From Octopus sinensis (Eukaryota), in NCBI RefSeq assembly GCF_006345805.1, contig NW_021834273.1:1-50486 (forward strand): a stretch of DNA of 50,486 nt. The letters run 5' to 3'. This document shows positions 1 through 12,900 of the stretch, in pieces (position 1 is the stretch's first letter; every line of letters begins with the position of its first letter). A program made the translations under genes and the position numbers. The notes under the pieces are model-generated. The model did no database searches. It worked only from the letters and a program-made list of their open reading frames with translations, and had not been told where the DNA came from.

Positions 1-652
1 GTTTCCTTATAACTTTTAGACAAATGGATATTTTTTAATGAAATTTCTTTGACAAAAATGCTTCAGATGATGAAGATTCCAATTACATTGGAAATTGTTG
101 TAAAAACAAATTTTCAAACGTTGAAGAGTTGACTTTCTCAAAATTCACCCAAATCCGTTTTGTTTTTCTATAACTTTCAGAAAAGTGGATATTTTGTTTC
201 TGTGAAAATTTCTACAAATCCCTTTGAAATGGTGTAGATTAGGATTATATCAGTATTTAACATGAAAAAACTTTAAAAATTTGATGATTTCGCACAGATA
301 CATACTGACACACATCACGGTTATTTTCCCAAAGTTCATCTTTTTATTTTCTGTTTTGTGTCAGTGTATATCTGTGCGAATCCACCAATTTTTATAATTT
401 TCTTCATTAAATTCCGATATAATCGAAATCTTCACCATCTGAAACGGTTTTATTGAAAATTTCATTTGAAAATATCTATTTTTTTGGAAAGAAAGCCGAC
501 TCGGGTGAACTTTCCTAAATTTCTCTCTCCACCCACCGAAAAGTTTTTCTCACAACAAATTCCGATATAATTGGAATATTTGCCATCTGAATGATATTTG
601 TGAAAGAAATTTCATTGAAAAACATCCATTTTTCTAGAAGTTACTAGGAAAC
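1..652. mobile_element. Foldback/MITE-like imperfect palindrome; may extend past the window start
   Basis: 1-~100 (gtttccttataacttttagacaaatggatat...) is the diverged reverse complement of ~553-652. The inner arms ttcgcacagatacatactgaca (~289-310) and tgtcagtgtatatctgtgcgaa (~359-380) are also inverted. Confidence 0.75.
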
Positions 653-702
653 ATTCGTCTGGGGCACATTTGTGTAGGTTTGCCTTTACATACATACATA
701 TT

Positions 703-763
<61 letters not shown>

Positions 764-871
764 GAGGCTGTAGTATACATAGGTTTTTATGCATTTAATG
801 GAACACGAGTGTATATTTAATGTAATTATTAAGTGAATGTGATGTTTTATGTTTGTTTTTCTTCCTTTCAG

Positions 872-1028
872 CCACCGAACTGATGTTGTCGCCTTCTTAG
901 TCTCCAGTGGAGCAAATGTTAATAAGCATAACTCATGGGGCGACACACCTCTACATCTGGCTGTGGAGAAGAACTATGAAGATGTAGTCAAAGTCCTGTT
1001 AAATAGCAAAGAAAATAACAATTTACAG
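872..1028 (+). CDS. Exon A, ankyrin repeats ([17 protein letters not shown]...GDTPLHLAV...NNLQ)
   Basis: Acceptor cttcctttcag, donor CAG|gtcagc, GDTPLHLA motif. Confidence 0.9.
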
Positions 1029-4000
1029 GTCAGCGAATATATATATATATATGTGTCTGTGTGTATAATGATATGTATGTTGGTTTGTGTTATATGTATA
1101 TGAAACAGTTTATATTTATATTTTTTTAATTAAAAAATTTTCTTCAGCTCACACAGACCTGTACATATATACACAAATATACACACACATAAACGCATAT
1201 ATACACAAAAATGCATAAACAAATGATCAGTGAAGATATAAAACACGTATGTATATGTAGGTATTTATGTATATATGTATGTGCGAGAGTGTATATATAT
1301 ATATATATATATATTAAGGTATTAGAAAAATATGGACAAGAACGTATAAATCTTAGAAGACGACACAATAAACACGGACAGACATCGAAACCTCAGTTTC
1401 AGTCAAGAACCGGATATATATATATATATATATATATATGCATACACATATTGTGTGTGTATAGATACATTATAAATCTCATTTATTTTTCCCTCACCTT
1501 CATTCCACCTGTTTAAATTAATCTGATTCTGTTTTTCTGACATTTTTCCTTTTTTACCTTTTTCCCCCAATAAACACCATCTTTAATGTCTTTATTGTTT
1601 ATCTTTTTTAGGTTAATCTGCGAAATATTTTGGGTTGCATAGCTCTCCATGTTGCCTGTCTCTTTGGACACATAAAGGTTGTTGAACTTCTCCTGCAACA
1701 GAATGGCACGGATGTTAATGCTGTGCAGGAAGATGGTTGGACAGCTCTCCATGTTGCCTGTCACTTTGGACACAGAAAGGTTGTTGAACTTCTCCTGCAA
1801 CAGAATGGCATCGATGCCAATAAGGTGAACCTCAAGGGTGACACTCCTCTACATCAGGCAGTTCGAAAGTAAGTCCCCAATGGATTGGATTATCCAAATC
1901 TGTTTCTTTAATGTTTGTTTTCTTGTTTTGAGTCATTCATGTCATAATCCCACCATGGGTCGTCATGCTTCACCCCTCTCTCTCTCACACACTCTAATGA
2001 CACTGTAATCTAACTTCATTAATTAATCATCATAATTATTGTTGTTGTTGTTGTTACCTGACTGGATTCTTTACTTCATCTCATCCTTCGTTACCTCAAC
2101 GATACAGGTTCAAATCCTCTCCCTTCTTCCTTTCATTCCATGTACCCCCCCTTCTCTTGTAATTTTCCTCTTTCCTCTGGCCCTGGGCTAAATGCAGAAT
2201 CATCCCCTTACTTTGATCCGTTTGTGTTCCAAGTTCAACTCCTGGGGTCAAAATCTGTACCAGTAATATCTAGGGCTTCATTTAATAAATTGTCCTCCCT
2301 CTTTACTCCTGTTCTTGTGTCTGATTACTGTTGGAAAATATTCAGATAAAATTTATAAGTGTTGATATCTGGACGGTTTCCTAGTCTTCTGATTGTTTAC
2401 GGAATATGCGGTGTAATTTTTAATTATGTATCTTATGCAAATAACGTACATCTTCTTTACGCTGGTTATGGTAAATCTGTGTTTTGAGTTTATACCCTTC
2501 TTATAAATTTTATCTGAATATTTTCCAACCTTTGCCTTTTATTAACCCTTACGTCTTTCTACCCTTTTAGGCCCCTCTTTTTTGTATATTACGAGTTACC
2601 CTTCCAACCCTTTCGTTGTATTAACAATTAATATTATCTTAATTTTAATGATTCTTAATACTATTTTAGTTAACAGTATGTATGTGTATGTTGTTGGCAT
2701 CGTTTTTGTCTCAGGAGACAATGGAGTTGCGCATAAAATAGTCCAGTCCGGCTTTTACATTTCATGTCCTGATACATTTCCTGCTGTGGCTGTGTAGTCC
2801 TATCCTGGACAAACACTCCCTCTGGCAGGTACTGCAAATGTAGCGAAGACTGTTCCTGGCTGGTTGTAGTGTCATAGTTTCTTGTTGACTTCTTTTCTTG
2901 TCTTTCCATTTCTCCTCTCTCTCTCTGTCACTCCTTTGTATTCCCTCTTTTACGGTACGTCCCCAATCTCCACGGTTGCTGGCAATTGCTTCCCAACTGC
3001 TAATATTGATGTTGCAGGCCTTCATGTCCCTTTTGCAAACATCCTTGTAACGTAAGAACAGTCTACCCACAGACCTAGTACCCCTAGCAAGCTCTCCGTA
3101 GAGTATGTCCTTGGGGATTCTACCATCTTTCATACGGCTAACATGCCCAAGCCATCTCATACGTCTTTGTGTGAGGAGTGCAAACATGCTTGGTATTCCT
3201 GCTTGCTTGAGGACATCTTTGTTGAGGATATGATTCTGCCATTTGATGCGGAGGATTTTCCGGAGGTAGCGCAGGTGAAAGATGTTTAGGCGACGCTCTT
3301 GGCGTGTGTATAGCGTCCAAGTCTCACTTCCATACAGTAGAGTGCTAAGTACACATGCCTGGTAGATCTTCATTTTCGTGGTCTTAGTCAGCTTATTGTT
3401 GTCCCATGCCCGTTTGGAGAGTTGGGCCATCGCAGCAGCTGCCTTGCCAATGCGTATATTGAGCTCAACATCAAGGGATAGGTTGTAGGTGACGGTAGAG
3501 CCAAGATAGGTAAACTTCTCCACCTCCTGTAATCTGTGGTCTCCAATATGTATGTTTGGGATGTCCGATGTAGCCTGACCCATGATGTTGGCCTTCTTAA
3601 GTCTGATAGCTAAGCCAAAGTTGTTACATGCTTGCTCAAAACAGTTAATGAGCCTTTGGAGGGCTTCTTCTGTGTGTGATACCAGAGTGGCATCATCAGC
3701 AAATAGCATCTCCTTGATCAGGACGTTTCTGATTTTGGTCTTGGCACGCAGGCGCGAGAGATTGAACAGTTTCCCGTCACTTCTACTGTGCAGAAACACT
3801 CCATCATCTGATGTCTGAAAGGCATGTGAGAGCAAGAGCGAGAAGAAAATGCCAAATAATGTAGGAGTGAGGACACAACCTTGCTTTACCCTGCTTTTCA
3901 ATTGGAAGGTGGCTGATGTTGAACCATTGTGCTGTATGGTGCCTTGCATATCATCATGGAAAGACTTGATGATCCTCAGCAGCTTTGGTGGACATCCGAT

Positions 4001-4158
4001 TTTTTGGAGCAGGATGAAGAGGCCTTTTCTACTTACCAAGTCAAAGGCCTTTGTTAGATCAATGAAGGCCATATATAGTGGCATTTTCTGCTCTCTATGT
4101 GTATGTATATATATACATATATGTGTGCGTGGTTGTTTTCGGGTATATGTATTTGTTG

Positions 4159-4197
<39 letters not shown>

Positions 4198-4639
4198 ATA
4201 TATACGTATGTAGTTATGTATGTAAGCATGTATGTGTGTATGTAAGCTTGTATTTTCTGTTTTTTGGTTTATCTATGTATATATGTGTAAGCGCACATAT
4301 ACGTGTGTATGTAACGAAGACAATTGAAATTCAAATGTTCCAATCAATCCTATTGAGCTTTCAATCTTAAATTATTTCTAAACTTACTACTTAATATATA
4401 TCACCGTCAAAAATCTGACTTGTATGCATGTACACTTCTGGATTTTGCTATGATGTAAATCAATATTTTTCATTTTATATGTATTTGCTGATCTATAATG
4501 TTTTGCATTATACTGTATTATTATTGTTGTTATTGTTATTATGTTGCTATTTCACTATATTATGCTGTTGATTTTTTCCACCTAATATGTACTGTGAACC
4601 ACGTGATGCACATATTGTTTTACTGGTATTATTATTATT

Positions 4640-4673
<34 letters not shown>

Positions 4674-5382
4674 TTAATAGAGATAATAGTGATGGTAATA
4701 GTAATGATAATAATGGTAATATTAATGGCATTTTGTAACTTAATATAATGAACTCTTGACTTTGTATATGTACATTTGCATATGGATATGTGTATGTTTG
4801 TATATTGTAATATTCTAATATATTGATTTGACTAAATGTAACCTTGTATATATGTATGTATATTATTATGTATATACGTGTATATATATATAGGAGCATG
4901 GGTATATGCACTTATATGTATGTGTATATTATATATTATGTGTATGTACCCATTCTTGTATGGGTGTACCTTCTCTGATATTCATATTTAGATTGTACTT
5001 TATAATCTCTGAAGAAGCCTTGGGATATATTTGTATGCGTCTCATTTATAACCACATATTAACTTATCACACCTGGCTAATATGAGCATAATGAGATACT
5101 CATATCTACATGGCTGAAACAGCTGTAAGATGTAGTTTATATTTATATTTATTTAGATTTATTTATACATATTGTACTTATTGTATCATATTACTCATTG
5201 ATGTGCATTGTTTTGTTCTGTACTATTATGTTTGACCTTGATGTTCATATGTGGTGGGTTTATAAATTGTGATTGGGTATTATCTGGTAGTTGATTATTG
5301 ATTAAGGTGTATTTCTCCATTTTCTTATTTTGTATACATATATATGTATGTATGTATGTATTTGTGTATGTATGTATGTGTG

Positions 5383-5413
<31 letters not shown>

Positions 5414-5892
5414 GTGTGTGTGTGTATATATATATATTATATTAAATTAGAGACAAAACCACTATTAGGCAAATCTGATTTTTCCCTGTAAGTTTGGATT
5501 TATTCCCTAATATTTATTATATAAAGGGGTAAAGACCCCCTTCGGTCATGAATGACCATGGGATTGCACCTAGAAAGTTACCCTCCTAGACACAAGTCCG
5601 GGCAAGGTTGTTTATGGAAGACCAGCAGTCGCCCATGCATACCAGCCTCCCCTCTCCACGCCACCAGTGTTATCCAAGGGAAAGACAAAGGTCGATACAG
5701 CTTGGCACCAGTGACGTCGCAACTCATTTCTACAGCTGAGTGAACTGGAGCAACGTGAAATAAAGTGCCTTGCTCAAGAACACAACACGCAGCCCGGTCC
5801 GGGATTCGAGCTCACAACCTCACGATCGTAAGCTCGACGCTCTAACCACTGAGCCATGCGATGTATATGTATGTATATTATTATGTATATAC

Positions 5893-5948
<56 letters not shown>

Positions 5949-5954
5949 TATGTG

Positions 5955-5985
<31 letters not shown>

Positions 5986-6106
5986 GTATATATATATATA
6001 TATATTATGTATGTATGTGTATATATATATTATATATATATATATAGTATGTATGTGTATATATATATATATATATGTATGTATGTGTATATATATATTA
6101 TGTATG

Positions 6107-6139
<33 letters not shown>

Positions 6140-6142
6140 GTG

Positions 6143-6173
<31 letters not shown>

Positions 6174-6337
6174 TATGTGTATATATATATATATATATAT
6201 GTAGTATGTATGTGTATTATATATATATATGTATGTATGTGTGTATATATATATATATATGTATGTATGTATGTGATATATATATATATATATGTATGTA
6301 TGTGTATATATATATATATATGTATGTATGTATGTGG

Positions 6338-6368
<31 letters not shown>

Positions 6369-6401
6369 GTGTATATATATATATATATGTATGTATGTAT
6401 G

Positions 6402-6432
<31 letters not shown>

Positions 6433-6498
6433 GTGTATATATATATATATATGTATGTATGTATGTGTATATATATATATTATGTATGTATGTATGTG

Positions 6499-6529
<31 letters not shown>

Positions 6530-6532
6530 GTG

Positions 6533-6563
<31 letters not shown>

Positions 6564-6566
6564 GTG

Positions 6567-6601
<35 letters not shown>

Positions 6602-6613
6602 GTGTATATATAT

Positions 6614-6644
<31 letters not shown>

Positions 6645-6647
6645 GTG

Positions 6648-6719
<72 letters not shown>

Positions 6720-6761
6720 TATGTGTATATATATGTATATATATATATGTATGTATGTATG

Positions 6762-6794
<33 letters not shown>

Positions 6795-7036
6795 GTGTAT
6801 AATATATATATATGTATGTATGTATGTGTATATATATATTATATGTATGTATGTATTGTATATATATATATATATATGTAGTATGTAGTGTATATATATA
6901 TATGTATGTGTGTATATATATATATATAATGTATGTATGTATGTATATATATATATATATATTATGTATGTATGTATGTGTGTATATATATATATGTATG
7001 TATGTATGTGTGTATATATATATATATGTATGTATG

Positions 7037-7069
<33 letters not shown>

Positions 7070-7149
7070 GTAATGCTAGCATGGAGAACGGACGTTAAAC
7101 GATGATGATGATGTGTGTGTATATATATATATATATATAATATATATAT

Positions 7150-7207
<58 letters not shown>

Positions 7208-7833
7208 ATACATATATATATACACACACACATGTATAATATGTATATGTGTGTATGCAATTATTGATGTAATTAGGTTATAATGACTCAATTACATTTG
7301 TTTTAATTAATCTGATTATAATTATTTTTTTCCTTTCCTCTTTCTATAACTTTCAGGAGGCACTATGATGTGGTTGCTTCAATGCTGGTCCAGGTTAGTT
7401 AACAAATACATAATTATATCCTGTCTTTAATATTCGATATTAATATCATCAAAATACTGGTGGGTAGGTTTAATCAACTTCACTGCAGCAGCCTTTAAAC
7501 GGCAGGTCTTGGGTCTGTGAAGAATAATTATATTGGTGATAACAATGATGACAGTAGTAGTGGTGTTGACAGTCCAACTGACCACCACTGCTGACAGTAC
7601 TATCTTCAATGGTCAGACAAGACAAGGTCATTATGAATTCAACCCATATATATCAGATTATATATACTATCATCATCATCATCATCTTTTAATATCGCTC
7701 TGTCATGTTGTATGTGTGTGTGATATGTTATATATGTACATTGTTGGTGTCGGCATTTTATCTTGTGTCCAATAATTTATTTGGCTTCTTTTGGCTACTT
7801 TTTCCTCTCTGTACATATGTATAAATGTCTATG

Positions 7834-7881
<48 letters not shown>

Positions 7882-9883
7882 CGGGAAGCTTTATGAAAAT
7901 AGACAAAAGACGAAGGCATGTGGAAAACAAACAAACAATATATATATATATATATTATATGTATGTATATGTTTATGTACATACAGAGTTATTCATACCA
8001 GACATATTGCATGCTGAGATTATGCAGCAGAGAAAAATTAAAAGTCCTTGTCCCCAGCAACAAAGCTAAATGAGGGTACGCTGCACTCAGTCCCTATTGC
8101 TTCATTAATCCATTACCATCAATACATGATGAATCGACTTCCCTTGTCCTTTCCCTACCTAATTCAACAGATTAACTACCCTTGCTGTATTTATCTACCT
8201 AACTTATTTACCTCAAGGACATGTATTACGAAGGACGAGATGGACGCTTCATTTTTATGCTGTTGCCGCATTATGTCGTACGCGAATGAGAGGATTTGCA
8301 TCCCCAACGTAGAATTTTTGATGTAATACATGTCCTTGAGGTAGTAGTTGTGCGTGGCTGAAGAAGGCCATAGACACACATTATGCATTGTTATAAATCC
8401 GTCTAATAAAGGCCCGAAACATATGTACCGCTGAATCCTTGGCATCATGTTTTTATTTTGATTAATTTACTCCACCACCTACACCACCAAACGGTATATA
8501 CAGGTGCTTACAATTATCAAGTACTCACCCTGAATTTCTGTACCCAACTAACTTATTTACCTGTATTTGTATTAACATTGCATTGCATGAATGCCAGGAT
8601 GCGGCACCCTCCACTGCTGGTGGTGACAATACCTGATTAACTCCTATTTACAGGTGTCCATAAACAACCTTTTCAGATGCTGATAGCTGCAGTCAATGTA
8701 GGCACAGCAACAATCATCTCATCCTATGCGCTCCTCCCCCCACACACACAGACAACTGGGTCTGCCAAATGAACTGAAGGGCTACTTCTATGACACTCTT
8801 CTGCTGGCCACTTCAAAGATAAATGACTGTGACCTTATCTTCGTGGCCAGTGATTTCAATGGATATGTTGGGCAGCACCGAGGTATCTTCCATGGGGGAC
8901 GCAGATTTGGTTCCTGAAATGAGGGGAGTGCAAGGCTACTGGAGTTCTGTGGTGCAAATGACCAAATAATCGCAACACTTGCTTCAGAAAGCTGGCCAGC
9001 CACTTGATAACCTATAAATCCAAGGTACATGCTCACCAAACTGACTACATTCTCACCCAAAAGCAGGATTCATGGCTGCTCATAAATGCAAAGGCCTTCA
9101 ATAGAGAAGAATGTAGCCCACAGCATAGGTTACTCATTAGGGAGTTCAAGCTACTGGCTTGAAGGATTCCAAGAAGCAAGCAAGTTTGGAAAAGAAGAGT
9201 ATGGAAGCTGAAGGAACCTTCAATTAGTCAGAAATTTAGTGATGTCCTAAATGAAGCATATAATGGGAAGGAGGAGGAATTTCAGACTTGCAGCATTGAG
9301 GATAAGTGGAAGTTCCAATGGGACAACTTGCTGAGAGTTTCAGACCAAATCTGTGGCTGGTGCAATGTCCCAGCCAGGCGTAGGGTGATGTGGTGGTGGA
9401 AAGGGTAATTGACAGGGACAAGGATGGGAAGGGTGGTGGCAGCTGGGAGTTGTATCAGGCAGTTAGAAAGGAAGCTAGGAAGCAGGTATACTCAGCCATG
9501 AGTGAAGCAGAAAGGAAGAAGTTTGCCAATGTCTTGCAATGTGAGGAGCAGAGATTTGAAGTGTTTTGGCTTGCCAAGGAAAATTGTGATGTTGTGGGAG
9601 AGAAGTGTGTTCACATGGATGATGGCTCCCTTGCAGTTAGTGACTCTGCAAAGAAATAGGCTTGGAAGTGCCACTATGAAAGGCTCCTAAATGTAGAGAA
9701 CGCGTGAGAGAAGGAGAGGCTGTCTAAAGTGGATCCAAGAGATCTGTTTGTTTTTTTTAGTTGTTCGAAGAAAAGTTCATTTCTATGTTTTCGTTTCTCA
9801 TTGTGTTCGTTTTTTTTATGTCTTGTACCCATATATGCATGTATATATATACATATATATATATGTAGGTATGTACATATATT

Positions 9884-9915
<32 letters not shown>

Positions 9916-12900
9916 TTGCAGTGGCAATTTTGATTGTTATATGAATATGTGTGTGTATATATATATGTGCGTGTATATATATGTGTGTGTGTGTGCGTGT
10001 TACATCCATAACGTTAATATATTTATACATCTATATGTACAATGATGTAAGGATGTGGACACTAACCAACTCCCCCGTTTTATGGATCCCTTATTAACAT
10101 AGCAACATCAAAGGTTTACATTAAGTATATAATTCGTCTTTACTAGACTCGATCTGCTAATTATATTTTCACTCTTGTTCTAGTCCCCTAAAACATACTA
10201 TATAGTGAGGGTAAATGAAGATGAGGCTGAAACTATCTGTTTATGACATCTTAATAGATTTATCATGTCCCTAACAAATATCCATAGCGTGTTATAGAGG
10301 GACCTTACAGAAGGTTGACTACACTAACAAACATCAAATGTACATGATCAGGTTGATCAAGTACCCAGTAGAAGACAGCAATGACACATCCACCCTAATT
10401 TTCATGTACATTTTCAATTTCTATTTTTACTTCCACAAAGGATTCAGTGAAACTGGATATTGAGAACAATCGTAAAAGAACACCCTTACTGGAAGCCATG
10501 TATGCAGCCCACCTCGGAATAGTCCATAAACTTATTATACATGGTGCGAACATGAATGCCGTCGACAATGATGGCAATAATTGTTTGCACCTTTCCATAA
10601 TAAAGAAAGGGATGTTTCATTCTGAGGTGGAACGCATTTACATTTTAGATAAGGTAAGTTTTTAAAATTGTTTGTGAATGTGTGTGTGTGGTTGGTGTTG
10701 TTTTTATATATATATAATGTATTGAGTATTAAAGGAAGTAGTGAGTACTTAGTATGAAAGATTAAGAAAATGAGAGAGACTGAAACAACGTGTTAACGAT
10801 ACAAGATACTTTATTCGACTGCCGTTGTTGTACAAGTTAATTGTTTTGGCGGGAAACAAAGTGAAAGTCCTTTTATCAAGGGAGACAATGGGCGACGTTG
10901 ATTGTTCATGTTTGTTGTGATGATTATATAACATCTTCCTTTTTTTTTTTTTTTAAATTTTTTTTATATCATCTGTATCTACTGGGAATAATTATTCGTC
11001 GTCCACTTTTTGTGGTTTTATTATTTTGTAGTGTTGAATTCTGTAGTTGTGCTGTTTTTGTTTTTTCATGCGTGTTTGTTGACTTTGGAAATATATTTTC
11101 ATAATCTAATTCTTCTGTTATGCGAACGTGTTCGTTTGTTTTAAGAATATGTTGTCTATTTCGTTTGACTGTATTTCCTTCCTCTGTTATTACTAAGTAT
11201 GAACGAGGTTGCTCTAGTTTTTTAATTATTTTGCCCCTTCTAAACCAATTGTTGTTAAACTTAATTCTAACCGTGTCGTGTGGTATTAACTCTGGGAGTT
11301 CTGTTGTAATGTTTGATTTCTTCTTTTCGTGAGGCCTGATACCAATTTTGTCGTGTAATATGTTTGGGAGATTTGTTCGCAATGTTCTATTCATTATTTG
11401 ATTTGCAGGGGATGGTGCACCATTTTGTAATTTAGTCGTGCGTAATGCTAAGAGCGCTAACTGAGGTTCTTCGTCACTTTTGATTCTGAAATGAGTTCCG
11501 TATATAAACTGATGAAATTTCCTGCATGCGAAAACTATACTGAGAGCTTCGCTCTCTATCGGACAGTAGTTTTGTTCCGCTTGAGTTGTTGCACGAGATG
11601 CAAACGAAACAGGTAGCCATCTTTCGTTGTGTTTCTGCTCAAGTATCGCTCCGAGCCCATGCTTACTAGCATCTGTAGTTATTTTTATTGGTAGATCTGG
11701 ATCATAAAATTGTAGCACTGGTTTTCTGGTAATCATTTCTTTTATCTTTTTTATTGCTTCGATTTGTGGTTTGTCGAATGACCATAACGTGTCACTCTGT
11801 AGAAGCTGGCGCAATGGTGCTGTGACTTCGGAGTAATTAGATAAAAATTTACATAGGTAATTTGTCATACCTAGGAATCTTTGTAATTCTTTTTACTTGT
11901 TGGCAGTGGCATGTGAATGATTGCTTGTACCTTGGTTGGATCTTGTTTTATCCCTTCGCTGGTTAATATATGCCCAAGGTACTTGATTTGTGATTCATAG
12001 AAGATACACTTTGATTTATTTAACTTAATCCGTGCTTTCGGATTCGATCGAAAACTTGTTGTAGTCTATTTGTGTGTTCTTCTAAAGTGTTGGACCAGAT
12101 TATGATGTCATCCTGTGAATTTCTTGCTCCTTCTATGCCCTCTATTATTTTTGAAATTTCTTTTTGGAAAACTTCACTGGCGCTGTGAATTCCAAAGGGT
12201 AGTCGTGTGAAGCGATACCTTCCAAAAGGTGTGTTGAACGTTAAAAGATGGGAGCTTTCTTCGTCAACTGGAATTTGCCAGTATCCATTAGATGCATCGA
12301 GTTTTGAAAAATATTTAGGGTTATGCATTTGTGCAAAAATGTCCTCTGCTGTAGGGAGTTTGAAATGTTGCCTTTTTATGGCTTTGTTTAGATTCTTGGG
12401 GTCTAAACAGAGTCGGAGTTTTCCGTTGGCTTTTTCAACGATGACTAGGGAATTTACCCAGTCTGTAGGTTCACTAACAGGTTTTATGATATCTAATTCT
12501 GTCATTCTTTTTAATTCTTTGTTGAGTTTTTCTTTTATAGAAAAAGGAACCGATCTTGGTGGATGAATTACAGGAGTTATTTGTGGATCCACTGTGATAT
12601 GATGTGTTATTGACAAAGTGCCGATTTCTCCGAAACAGTCTTCATATTTTTCTATTATGTCGTTTGTGTTCGACGAATTTATTTTTGAAATTCTCTGAAT
12701 CAGGTTCAGATCTTTAGCTGTCTTTGCATCTATAACTGCGTGTGAGTTTGTTTTTGCAACAATGAATTTCATTTGTTTTGATACTTCTTTGTATTTAATG
12801 ACTGCTGTGCATTTTCCTAGCACTTTTATAGCTGTGTTATTATTGTAAGCTGATAATCGAGTTGAAGTTTTTTGCTGTTGTGGTTTTGGAATTATATTTC

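Noticed and set aside
849-1103. ORF-track starts at 849, 1630, 10447 and 28763 as separate genes
   Set aside because: These starts are intronic or internal codons; the segments are exons of one gene.
5790-5860. tRNA gene (also 50185-50254)
   Set aside because: No acceptor stem or terminator; the head runs into a SINE body present twice.
5770-7291. Long (YI/YV/CM)n ORFs here and at ~34600-35000, 37733-38977, 45664-46210 and 49566-49958
   Set aside because: Translations of TA/TG microsatellites, open on both strands, with no coding signal.
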